The notes under the pieces are model-generated. The model saw only the letters and a list, made by a program, of their open reading frames with translations. It had not been told where the DNA came from and did no database searches. This document shows positions 48,947-58,160 of a stretch of 64,000 bases of DNA, piece after piece (within the stretch, counting starts at the first letter, position 1; each line of letters starts with the position of its first letter). This DNA comes from an uncultured Clostridium sp. (GTDB lineage: Bacteria > Bacillota > Clostridia > TANB77 > CAG-508), in the NCBI GenBank assembly GCA_902491155.1, contig CABUGH010000002.1, positions 24,211-88,210 of the forward strand, given 5' to 3'. Position numbers and translations under genes: made by a program.

Positions 48947-50188
48947 TTATTTTGTATGTCTTAAAATCCAGTCTTTCTCACATTTTACAGGAATATGTAA
49001 TAAAATTTGTTGTCCCTTAACACCTGGGCTAACATGGTCAACCTCTTCACCTGTTTCTGCATCCCACAATTTTTCTATTTTAAATTTAACTGGCTCAAAC
49101 TCGTTTGGTATTAATAATTCCAATTCATCCCCAACTTGCAAACGGTTTCTAATTTCTACAACTGTTTTTTCAACATCATATTTTACAACTTTACCACCAA
49201 ACTCATATTTTTCATTATATTGCCTACCAGCATATTCTTGAATATCTTTATTATTTCTATCATTAAAATAAAATGTAGTTAAACTTCTTGTTTTTATCTT
49301 TTCTAATTCTTTTAAATATTTAGCTCCATCATAATGTTGTGGATCTTTAATATAATCATCAATAGCAGCTCTATAAACAGATACAACACTAGCAATATAA
49401 TATTCAGTTTTTAACCTTCCTTCTATCTTTAAGCTATCAATTCCCATATCAACAATTTCTGGTATTTCATTTATTAAACACAAATCTTTTGATGAAAATA
49501 TACTTGTACCATATTCATTTGTTTCTATAGGCATATATTCACCAGGTGTATTTTTTTCTTCTGCATACAAATTATATGACCATCTACAACTTTGACTACA
49601 TGAACCCAAATTTGCACTTCTTCCTGACAAAAAATCACTTAAAAAACATCTACCAGAATATGCAAAACAAATTGCTCCATGAATAAATATCTCTACTTCC
49701 ATATCTTCTGGCTTATTTTCCATTATATATCTTATTTGTTCTTTATTTAATTCTCTTGCAAGAATCATTCTCTTTCCACCATTTTTATACCAGAAATTTG
49801 CAGCATGTAAACTTACAATATTTGCTTGTGTACTAACATGTATATCAATATTTGGCGCATATTGCTTTATTACCTCCATTACTCCTCCATCTGCTACTAT
49901 TACAGCATCTGGCTTTATTTCATTTAAAATTTTAGCCATTTCTACTATCTCGTCATATTTATCATCCCATGCAAATATATTTATTGTTACATATACTCTT
50001 CTTCCTATACTATGTGCATAATTTATGGTTTTTATTAAATCCTCATTTTCCATGTCTGCTCTTGTTCTTAATGATAATGATGAAGTTCCACAATATACTG
50101 CATCTGCTCCATATAAAAATGCTATTTTTGCTTTTTCAAATGACCCTGCTGGGGCTAACAATTCTGGTTTTTTCATTTTACTATTCAT
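48947..50188 (-). CDS. Peptidase U32 family protein (TrhP/YrrO-like)
   Basis: KPELLAPAGSFEKAKIAFLYGADAVY...E.F.HGA.C...SGRC motifs; start at 50188 or 50176. Confidence 0.85.
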   Translation of the reverse strand: MNSKMKKPELLAPAGSFEKAKIAFLYGADAVYCGTSSLSLRTRADMENEDLIKTINYAHSIGRRVYVTINIFAWDDKYDEIVEMAKILNEIKPDAVIVADGGVMEVIKQYAPNIDIHVSTQANIVSLHAANFWYKNGGKRMILARELNKEQIRYIMENKPEDMEVEIFIHGAICFAYSGRCFLSDFLSGRSANLGSCSQSCRWSYNLYAEEKNTPGEYMPIETNEYGTSIFSSKDLCLINEIPEIVDMGIDSLKIEGRLKTEYYIASVVSVYRAAIDDYIKDPQHYDGAKYLKELEKIKTRSLTTFYFNDRNNKDIQEYAGRQYNEKYEFGGKVVKYDVEKTVVEIRNRLQVGDELELLIPNEFEPVKFKIEKLWDAETGEEVDHVSPGVKGQQILLHIPVKCEKDWILRHTK

Positions 50189-50254
50189 TCCTTCCCTATC
50201 TCCGCTAAAATACTTTTTTAGTATATCATAAAATGTTAAAAAATACAACGAAAC

Positions 50255-50283
50255 TTGCCCTTTTTTACAATTTATGGTATACT
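50255..50283 (+). promoter_or_regulatory. Sigma-A promoter with extended -10 for the RSH-like gene pair
   Basis: TTGCCC-N17 (ending TGg)-TATACT, about 20 nt before the RBS of 50305. Confidence 0.5.
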
Positions 50284-50304
50284 TTTTCTATGGGAGTGAT
50301 ATGT

Positions 50305-51525
50305 ATGTCTAATAAATATGATTTATTTAGAGCTTCTTTGTCTGTACCAATGTTTGAAAATTTAAATCAATCTTTATTCAATTTATTAAAAACTCCAGAA
50401 TATCAAAATTATACTGATATTGTGTTTTCAACACTAGGAAAAGAATTTGAAAAATATTTTGGAAAAGATATGATTTTTAAATATAGATATAAATCTCAAA
50501 ATAGTTTTACTAGGAATATTTTAAAAGATTCTTCTATAAAAAATGATAAAACGACAAAATATGTTTCTAACTTTAATCCATATATCCATTATGATATAAT
50601 TGGAATGAAAATAGTTATTAAACATATTCCAGAAGATTTTAAAATTTCCCCTAGCTTTATTAAAACATGTGAAGAAAAAGAAAAAAGATACCAAAAAAAA
50701 TTATTTGATTTACAAAAACAATGCTATTCTAAAAATCACGACTTAGAAAATGACCAAGAAAAAAACAGTATCGCGCACAAAAAAATATTACATTTAGAAC
50801 GCTATTTGCTATACTTAAATGATTGCTGCAATTTTAACCAAATATTAGAAAGACGAAACACACTAGCGAATAATTATTGTATTTTACAAAAAACCATAAA
50901 TAATCATTCACAAAATAATAATTTTGATTTAAACGAATTAAAGTTAGAGTTTGAAACAACTGAATTTGCATTAAAAAATCTAAATAGTTTATTAAATACT
51001 ATAGCTGGTGAATATGCTATCGAAGAAATTTTTGAAAAATCAGAAAATCTAAAAAAACTTGGTGTGCACTTAAACCCAAATCGTCAAAAGTTTTTTTCCG
51101 AAGAAAAAGGATATACATCAATGCATTTTTCAATTGAAAGTTCTAAACTTAACCATTGGATAAGTGAATTACAAGACCTTTCTTCTTCTATTGATTACTT
51201 ATCAGTTAAAAGTCATGATGCATTACCTGGCAAAAAAAGGCATCTTATGAATTTACCTAAAAATATTAATAAACAACTTTCAAAAAAATATATCAAATCC
51301 TTTAAAAATATATCCCCAAGCTATACTATTTACAAATTTAATGGATATATAGAAAGGTACAATATGAGAAAAAATTTGCATCATTATTATAACACACTAT
51401 TAAAAAACAACCCAGAGTACACAAAAAAATTACACTCTATAATTGACAACAAAGAAAACGAACCATTTTTACCTGTATTACAACCACAACTTAAAAAAAT
51501 TTTAGAAAATGATATTAGTCGATAA
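50305..51525 (+). CDS. Divergent RelA/SpoT-like nucleotidyltransferase-fold protein with a large insertion (406 aa)
   Basis: GGGAG RBS before the ATG at 50305. Ordered motifs YRYKSQNSFTRNILK, YDIIGMKIVIK, KGYTSMHF, SELQDL resemble SAS motifs RvK..S...K, D..G.RI, GYrS.H, E.Q.RT. Confidence 0.6.
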   Translation: MSNKYDLFRASLSVPMFENLNQSLFNLLKTPEYQNYTDIVFSTLGKEFEKYFGKDMIFKYRYKSQNSFTRNILKDSSIKNDKTTKYVSNFNPYIHYDIIGMKIVIKHIPEDFKISPSFIKTCEEKEKRYQKKLFDLQKQCYSKNHDLENDQEKNSIAHKKILHLERYLLYLNDCCNFNQILERRNTLANNYCILQKTINNHSQNNNFDLNELKLEFETTEFALKNLNSLLNTIAGEYAIEEIFEKSENLKKLGVHLNPNRQKFFSEEKGYTSMHFSIESSKLNHWISELQDLSSSIDYLSVKSHDALPGKKRHLMNLPKNINKQLSKKYIKSFKNISPSYTIYKFNGYIERYNMRKNLHHYYNTLLKNNPEYTKKLHSIIDNKENEPFLPVLQPQLKKILENDISR

Positions 51526-51544
51526 TAATAAAAGGAGATAATGT

Positions 51545-53254
51545 ATGAAAAAAGAAATAAATAGTTTTTTAGAATCATTAAAAATATCAGACGAGAAGAA
51601 TTTAGACAGAACCGAATTGCAAAACCAACAAGAATTTTTGCACAAAGCAGTTTCTTCTTATTTAGATACTTATCAAGACAAAAATTCTGTTGAAGCCAAA
51701 GAATATATGTGTTATCTTGCTGCTGCAATTTATTTATCATATAAAAAATTGTACCCAAATTTAGTAGTGCGCATACCTTTCCGTACAAAAAGTGACATCA
51801 GTTATATAAAAAACATACAAAAAGAATTCGAAAAAAGTCTTGCAAACGTCTCTAAGAATATTAATTCAGATGAACCTATAACTTTAGAAACATTACAAAA
51901 ATATTTTTCAACAGATCCAACAACTAAAGATATTCAAGCAGCAACAATAGTTTTAGATCATTTTAAGGAGCCTGTATTACTTACTTATGAACCTGGCAAA
52001 TATGATGATCCAAACAATGCTAATTTACCTAATAAAAATGATCCTGACTTTTGTGAATCAATTGACTCCCTAGTTGAAAAAGATAAAAAATACACTGAAT
52101 TTATAACAGTTTCAAAGCCAAAAATAAATGAATTCATTTCGGAAAAAACATTTCTTAACTTTAAAAAACAAATTTTACAAGGAATAATTGATTTAAATTA
52201 CCATGGAATTGATGAAGAACGCCATCCCTCTTATGAACAAGAACTAAAATTAGTTGAAGAACGCATAACTGCTGGAATGCTTCAAAACAACTTTGCATCT
52301 TCAATAACAGAATTGCAAAGATATGAACTAAAAACTCTATTATCAAATATGCAACATCTTCTTGAAGATAAACTGCAATTCAATATTTTAAATAATACAA
52401 TACAAAATGTGCTAAACCAAAATTTAATAAAAAATACATTAGATGTTTCTTATGATTATTCTAAAACATCTAAAAAGTCAAATGGATTTGCTGCCATTTA
52501 TTATACTCTACACACACCATATGGTGAAATTGAACTATTTTTGCAATCAAATGAAAGATTTTATCAAGCAAAAAAAGGATCAGCATATCACAGTGGAATG
52601 TCTGGTAAATCTTTAGATATAAAATCATTTTTTGAATACATCAATCCTGAAAACGAAACCGAAGAATTATCCGATTTTTTAGACTCTGTTGATGTACCTG
52701 TTTCTATTTTGGAAGATGACACAAATCCAAAACAATTAAAAGAAATTAGTGATAAATTATCAAGAATTAAAATAAAAGACAATATAGATGTTGATATGAC
52801 AGTACCTACTAGTGTTATGCTTGATAATAGTACAACAAAAATAGATGATGAAAGTCTTAGAAAAAAATCAATAGCAGAGAAAAAAATTAATAATACTCCA
52901 AAAGTCACAATGGATACAGATGATTATTTATATTCTCTTGCAATATCTCGTTCTGCCTGCCTAAACACATGCAGCTCTGGTCATGGTTTTTCTCCAAACG
53001 CAGCTATTCATCATCAAGATATTGATGATGAATTTGCAGAAGTTTTAAGACGTAGAGATTCCTTAACTTGCCTTGGAAACATGCTATTAAAAAGACTTCG
53101 TACTGTTTTAAAAACATCTAAATTAGGCGACCATGCAAATATTAACAAAAATCTTTCTCTTTCACGTTTACCTAAGCAAATAACCATAGAAGAAATTTTA
53201 GAATATGGAGAACAATTAAATAATTCACAATCTACTGATGAAATAGAATTATAA
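51545..53254 (+). CDS. Second, apparently catalytically degenerate RelA/SpoT-like paralogue with C-terminal extension (569 aa)
   Basis: AAGGAGA RBS. Motifs FRTKSDISYIKNIQK, KDIQAATIVLD, NGFAAIYYTL, GEIELFLQS occur in the same order and spacing as in the upstream gene, but with substitutions at conserved positions. Confidence 0.55.
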   Translation: MKKEINSFLESLKISDEKNLDRTELQNQQEFLHKAVSSYLDTYQDKNSVEAKEYMCYLAAAIYLSYKKLYPNLVVRIPFRTKSDISYIKNIQKEFEKSLANVSKNINSDEPITLETLQKYFSTDPTTKDIQAATIVLDHFKEPVLLTYEPGKYDDPNNANLPNKNDPDFCESIDSLVEKDKKYTEFITVSKPKINEFISEKTFLNFKKQILQGIIDLNYHGIDEERHPSYEQELKLVEERITAGMLQNNFASSITELQRYELKTLLSNMQHLLEDKLQFNILNNTIQNVLNQNLIKNTLDVSYDYSKTSKKSNGFAAIYYTLHTPYGEIELFLQSNERFYQAKKGSAYHSGMSGKSLDIKSFFEYINPENETEELSDFLDSVDVPVSILEDDTNPKQLKEISDKLSRIKIKDNIDVDMTVPTSVMLDNSTTKIDDESLRKKSIAEKKINNTPKVTMDTDDYLYSLAISRSACLNTCSSGHGFSPNAAIHHQDIDDEFAEVLRRRDSLTCLGNMLLKRLRTVLKTSKLGDHANINKNLSLSRLPKQITIEEILEYGEQLNNSQSTDEIEL

Positions 53255-53275
53255 TACTTTAAAAGACATGACTAA

Positions 53276-53881
53276 TTATATATTAGCCATGTCTTTATTA
53301 TATCTACTAATTGCTAATCCATCCCCAACTTCTAAAATTTCTGTTTTTAGTTCCGGATTTTCCATTACTTCTTTTATATATTCTCTTAAATTTCTAACAG
53401 CTGTACGCTGTTTATGCTTATTATAATCACTCATAACATATCCTTTATATAAAATATTATCTGCAAATATTATTCCATTTTTATTTAACATACGCAAAGC
53501 CTGGTTTAAAAAGAAAGGATATTTTCCCTTTGCTGCATCAATAAACACCATGTCATATTTTTCTGTTAAAGTTGGTAATATCTCTACTGCATCACCTTCA
53601 TATAAAGTTATAATGTCTTGAACTCCTACTTTTTTAAAATTTTCCTTAGCTTCTGCTATTCGTTCTTCTTCTCTTTCTATTGTATCAATACTTCCACCAT
53701 CTGATAAAAACTCTGAAAAACACATTGCAGAATATCCAACAGCCGCTCCAATTTCCAAGATTTTTTTTGGTGCATTCTCTTTTAAATATTTTTCTATAAC
53801 TTCTAAAGTATCATCCATTATTATTGGTATATGTTCTTGTAATGCCTTTTGTTTTATTTTTTCTAATTCTTCTTTGTTCAT
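53276..53881 (-). CDS. Class I SAM-dependent O-methyltransferase (family 3, TrmR/YrrM-like)
   Basis: ILEIGAAVGYSA SAM-binding motif and DMVFIDAAK; about 200 aa, as for YrrM. Confidence 0.8.
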   Translation of the reverse strand: MNKEELEKIKQKALQEHIPIIMDDTLEVIEKYLKENAPKKILEIGAAVGYSAMCFSEFLSDGGSIDTIEREEERIAEAKENFKKVGVQDIITLYEGDAVEILPTLTEKYDMVFIDAAKGKYPFFLNQALRMLNKNGIIFADNILYKGYVMSDYNKHKQRTAVRNLREYIKEVMENPELKTEILEVGDGLAISRYNKDMANI

Positions 53882-53961
53882 AATTTATATCATCCCTTAA
53901 CTTTTAAATAAATTTTGGCGATGTCAAAATGACGCCGCCAAAATTGTAATTATTTTTCAAT

Positions 53962-55776
53962 CTATTTATTTCTGTTAGCCCTTTCTCTCTCTTTAGTATC
54001 CAAGATTTTCTTTCTCAAACGAATAGATTTAGGAGTAACCTCAACCAATTCATCATCTTGAATAAACTCAATAGCCTTTTCCAATGACATTTGAATAGGT
54101 GGAACTAAACGTAAAGCATCATCTGAACCAGAAGCTCTAGTATTAGTTAAATGTTTTTCTTTACAAACATTAATAGCCAAATCTTCACCTCTTGAATTCA
54201 AACCAACAATCATACCTTCATACACATCCACACCAGGTCCGATAAATAAATCTCCTTTGTCTTGTGCATTATATAATCCATAAGTTACAGATTTACCAGG
54301 CTCAAAAGCAACTATTGTTCCTCTAACACGAGCTTGGATATCTCCTTTATATGGTTCATATGAATCAAATATATGGTTCATTGTACCTTCACCTTTTGTA
54401 TCTGTTAAAAATTCTGTTCTATACCCAATTATTCCTCTTGCTGGTATTCTAAATTCAATTTTTGTATGGCCTGCCTCTGCTGGTTCCATATTTACCATTT
54501 CTGCTTTTCTTCTACCTAATTTTTCTATAACATTTCCAACACAATCATCAGGAACATTTACAACTAACAATTCTATTGGTTCACATTTAACACCATCAAT
54601 TTCCTTAAAAATAACTTTTGGTCTTGATACTAATAATTCAAAACCTTCTCTTCTCATTGTTTCAATTAATACTGATAAATGTAATTCTCCTCTACCTGAT
54701 ACTTCAAAAGAATCTGGTGTTGCCCCATCTTTTACTCTTAAAGAAACATTTCTTTCTAGTTCTTTATACAATCTATCACGAATATGTCTTGAAGTTATAA
54801 ATTGTCCTTCTTTTCCTGCAAAAGGTCCATTATTTACACTAAAAGTCATTGTTACTGTTGGTTCATCAATATCAACAAAAGGTATTTTTTCTGGATGTTC
54901 AAAATCACAAACTGTATCACCAATATTGATATCAGGTAATCCAGCAAACTCAATTATATCACCTGCTCCAACTTCTTCTACTTCTACCTTTTTTAGTCCA
55001 ACATGTGTATATAATTTTGCAATTCTACCTTGTGTAATTTTATCTTCTTTACCACATATACTAACTGGCATTCCAACTTTCATTGTACCTCTTTCTAGTC
55101 TTCCTATACCAATTCTTCCAACATAATCATCATAATCAATGTTTGAAACTAGCATTTGTGCTGGTCCTTCTAAATCACACTTTGGTGGTTCTATAGTATT
55201 TATTATTGTTTCAAATAAACATGATAAATCTGTAGATTCATCTGCTAAATCCATTTTTGCTATTCCATTTTTTGCTGATGCATATACTACTGGGAAATCT
55301 AATTGCTCATCTGTTGCATCTAATTCTATAAATAACTCTATTACTTGGTCAACTACTTTTTCTGGTTGTGCACCTGGTCTATCTATTTTATTTATTACTA
55401 CTATTGGTTTTAACCCCAATGCCAATGATTTTTTTAGAACTTCTCTTGTTTGTGGCATTGCTCCTTCAAATGCATCTACTAATAATAATACTCCATCAAC
55501 TGTTTTTAAAACTCTTTCTACTTCTCCACCAAAATCAGCATGTCCAGGTGTATCTACTATATTTATTTTTATATCTCCATGCATAACTGATGTATTTTTT
55601 GAAAGTATTGTTATTCCTCTTTCTTTTTCTTGGTCATTTGAATCCATAACTCTTTCTTGTACTTGTTCATTTTCTCTAAAAACATGGCTTTGCTTTAACA
55701 TAGCATCTACCAATGTTGTTTTTCCATGATCAACGTGTGCTATTATTGCTATATTTCTAATATTTTTATTATTCAT
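53962..55776 (-). CDS. typA: Translational GTPase TypA/BipA
   Basis: IRNIAIIAHVDHGKTTLVD, DTPGHADF, NKID; 604 aa. Confidence 0.95.
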   Translation of the reverse strand: MNNKNIRNIAIIAHVDHGKTTLVDAMLKQSHVFRENEQVQERVMDSNDQEKERGITILSKNTSVMHGDIKINIVDTPGHADFGGEVERVLKTVDGVLLLVDAFEGAMPQTREVLKKSLALGLKPIVVINKIDRPGAQPEKVVDQVIELFIELDATDEQLDFPVVYASAKNGIAKMDLADESTDLSCLFETIINTIEPPKCDLEGPAQMLVSNIDYDDYVGRIGIGRLERGTMKVGMPVSICGKEDKITQGRIAKLYTHVGLKKVEVEEVGAGDIIEFAGLPDINIGDTVCDFEHPEKIPFVDIDEPTVTMTFSVNNGPFAGKEGQFITSRHIRDRLYKELERNVSLRVKDGATPDSFEVSGRGELHLSVLIETMRREGFELLVSRPKVIFKEIDGVKCEPIELLVVNVPDDCVGNVIEKLGRRKAEMVNMEPAEAGHTKIEFRIPARGIIGYRTEFLTDTKGEGTMNHIFDSYEPYKGDIQARVRGTIVAFEPGKSVTYGLYNAQDKGDLFIGPGVDVYEGMIVGLNSRGEDLAINVCKEKHLTNTRASGSDDALRLVPPIQMSLEKAIEFIQDDELVEVTPKSIRLRKKILDTKERERANRNK

Positions 55777-55829
55777 TTTTCCTTTCCTTCCCTTTTTTTA
55801 TTTACTTTTATTATTTAATAACGTCCTTA

Positions 55830-55858
55830 ATTATACTACTATAGAGCACATTTGTCAA
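55830..55858 (-). promoter_or_regulatory. Consensus sigma-A promoter of typA
   Basis: Reverse strand TTGACA-N17-TATAAT, perfect hexamers. Confidence 0.7.
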
Positions 55859-55905
55859 CATAAATTCAATGGTGTTTTTTGAGTCCAAAAACACCACCCA
55901 AAAAA

Positions 55906-57258
55906 TTACAAATTTGCTAATTTTATAATTGTGTCCATCATTTCTTTTGTTACTTTATCAAGATTTTCTTTTTCTGGTGTCTTTGATTTATATTGGCTAT
56001 AATCTAAAGGCTTTCCATATCTTACTATTATTTTTGAAAATGGCCCTTTAGTAACTTCTACACCAACTGGTAATATAGGTTTTCCTGTTCTTATTGCCAT
56101 AAATGCTGCACCATTTTTTACCTTTACACCTTTTTCTAATCCTTTTGTTGTTCCTTCTGGAAATATTCCTAATACTTCTTTATTATTTAATACCTTTAAT
56201 GATTTTTTCATTGCATCTACATCTTGTTTTCCTCTTTTTACTGGTATTACATCAAATAGTTTTCCTAATCTTGCTAAAAATGGATTATTAAAAAGTTCTA
56301 TTTTTCCCATAAAATTAACTTTTCTAGGGCAATATACAACAACCACTGGAACTTTCATAAAATCAATATGATTACCACATAATATAAAAGCTCCATCTTT
56401 TGGTACATTTTCTGCTCCTTCTATTTTTACACGATAAAAAATTTTATAATAACTACGTAAAAATCCCCATACTATTCTTCTTTGCAATTTTGTCCATATT
56501 GTATCTTCTTTTTTATCAAATTTACTAGAACTTTTTTCTTCCTTCTTTATCTTTCTTAATTGTTTTTTTGTTAGTTTATTTTTGCTTTTCCATTTTTCTG
56601 AACTTTCTATTATTTCACAAATTTTTTCTACTACCTCTGATATTTGCAATTCTGTTGTATCTAAATAAATTGCATCATCCGCCTGTTTTAAAGGTGCCAC
56701 TTTACTTGTTTTATCATTATTATCTCTAAATTTTATATTTTTTAATACCTCTTCATATGTTGATTCTATTCCTTTTTCTTTATTTTGCCTTATTCTTCTA
56801 TTAGCTCTTTCCTCTGGAGTTGCATCTAAATATATTTTTATTTCAGCATTTGGAAATACATTTGTTCCAATATCTCTGCCTTCCATTATTACATTCTTTC
56901 CTTCTGCAACTTTTCTTGATAAATTAGTAATATTTTCTCTAACTTCTACTAAATGTGATACTTGTGAAACTAATTCATTTACCGCATTTTCTCTTATTTG
57001 TTTTGATACATCATCATCATTTAAATAAACTTTATCTTCATTATTTTCTTTTTTGAATTCTATTTTTATATTTTTTAATAATTCATTAATTTTTTCTGTG
57101 TCAGTAATTTTAATACTATTTTTTATCATATATAAAGTTACACATCTATACATTGCTCCAGTATCAATATATATTAATCCTTCTTTTTCTCCTACTAACT
57201 TTGTAACTGTTCCTTTACCGCTTCCAGCTGGTCCATCTATTGCTACTACAAATGACAT
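55906..57258 (-). CDS. cmk: Fusion protein: cytidylate kinase plus lysophospholipid (PlsC-type) acyltransferase
   Basis: N-terminal VAIDGPAGSGKGT CMP-kinase module (about 220 aa), K-rich linker, then an acyltransferase module (CGNH.D...., FPEGT); ATG at 57256-57258 preferred. Confidence 0.85.
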   Translation of the reverse strand: MSFVVAIDGPAGSGKGTVTKLVGEKEGLIYIDTGAMYRCVTLYMIKNSIKITDTEKINELLKNIKIEFKKENNEDKVYLNDDDVSKQIRENAVNELVSQVSHLVEVRENITNLSRKVAEGKNVIMEGRDIGTNVFPNAEIKIYLDATPEERANRRIRQNKEKGIESTYEEVLKNIKFRDNNDKTSKVAPLKQADDAIYLDTTELQISEVVEKICEIIESSEKWKSKNKLTKKQLRKIKKEEKSSSKFDKKEDTIWTKLQRRIVWGFLRSYYKIFYRVKIEGAENVPKDGAFILCGNHIDFMKVPVVVVYCPRKVNFMGKIELFNNPFLARLGKLFDVIPVKRGKQDVDAMKKSLKVLNNKEVLGIFPEGTTKGLEKGVKVKNGAAFMAIRTGKPILPVGVEVTKGPFSKIIVRYGKPLDYSQYKSKTPEKENLDKVTKEMMDTIIKLANL

Positions 57259-57279
57259 TACATTCACTTTCCTTTCATA

Positions 57280-58143
57280 CTATTTATTTTCATTTTCAGG
57301 TACATAAATATTTTTAACCACTACTTCCATGTCAACAATATTCATTGATGTTAAGTTTTCAATCTCTTTTTTTGATTTTTCCTTAAACTCGTTTATTTCT
57401 TTAATAACATTTACTCCATACAAAACAGTAACTTCCATGTATAAACTTGCACCATCACCATAATTTGAAACCCTAACTTTTTGAATTTTATAAATACCTT
57501 TTGTTTTACTAGCTAAATACTCTAATATTTGTCTAAATACTGTATCAGATATTGTAAAATTTCCCATATAACTAAATGTAGGCCTAATTATTGATTTTTC
57601 TGAAATATATGGTTTTTCTCCTTTTCCTTTACTTTTAAATATTTGTAATGGATCCAACAAATAGCCAGAAAAATCTTTTTTGATTTCAAATGTTGGAACA
57701 GGTATTACATGTTTTCCTTCTGTTACACGTATTCTTCTTGCAGTCTCCATTTCTTGTTTAGTTGCAACATCTTGTATATATACAGTTTCCTTTATTGGTG
57801 GCAAACCTAAATTTGCAGCTATTTTTTGTACCATACCATCAGATGTTCCTAATATTAAAATTTTATCTGGTTTATATTTTCTAAATGCCTTTTCTATTTC
57901 TTGTTTTTCTTCGTCTGTATAAAACAAAGCATGTTTTACTGTTTCTATTTTAGTTGGCGCCTTTTTAGCTGATGTTCCTGCTATAACCTCATTTCCTTTT
58001 ATTAACAAACCATCATCTATTATATAATCAATACCTTTTTCACCAGCCACCATTTGTGCTCTATAACTTTTTCCAGTTCCAGATGGTCCAACAAATGCAT
58101 ATACTTCTATTTTATTTCCAAATATTTCTTTTAATAGTGCCAT
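57280..58143 (-). CDS. P-loop NTPase fused to an Asp23/Gls24-family domain
   Basis: GPSGTGKS Walker A in the N-terminal half; the C-terminal ~110 aa resemble Asp23 (alkaline shock) proteins; AGGGGGA RBS before the ATG at 58141-58143. Confidence 0.7.
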   Translation of the reverse strand: MALLKEIFGNKIEVYAFVGPSGTGKSYRAQMVAGEKGIDYIIDDGLLIKGNEVIAGTSAKKAPTKIETVKHALFYTDEEKQEIEKAFRKYKPDKILILGTSDGMVQKIAANLGLPPIKETVYIQDVATKQEMETARRIRVTEGKHVIPVPTFEIKKDFSGYLLDPLQIFKSKGKGEKPYISEKSIIRPTFSYMGNFTISDTVFRQILEYLASKTKGIYKIQKVRVSNYGDGASLYMEVTVLYGVNVIKEINEFKEKSKKEIENLTSMNIVDMEVVVKNIYVPENENK

Positions 58144-58160
58144 TTTTATCCCCCTATACA

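Noticed and set aside
51387-51788. 133-aa - strand ORF bridging the two RSH-like genes
   Set aside because: It is antisense to two ORFs that have good RBSs, has no RBS of its own, and its Leu/Phe/Ile-rich composition is typical of the reverse frame of AT-rich genes.
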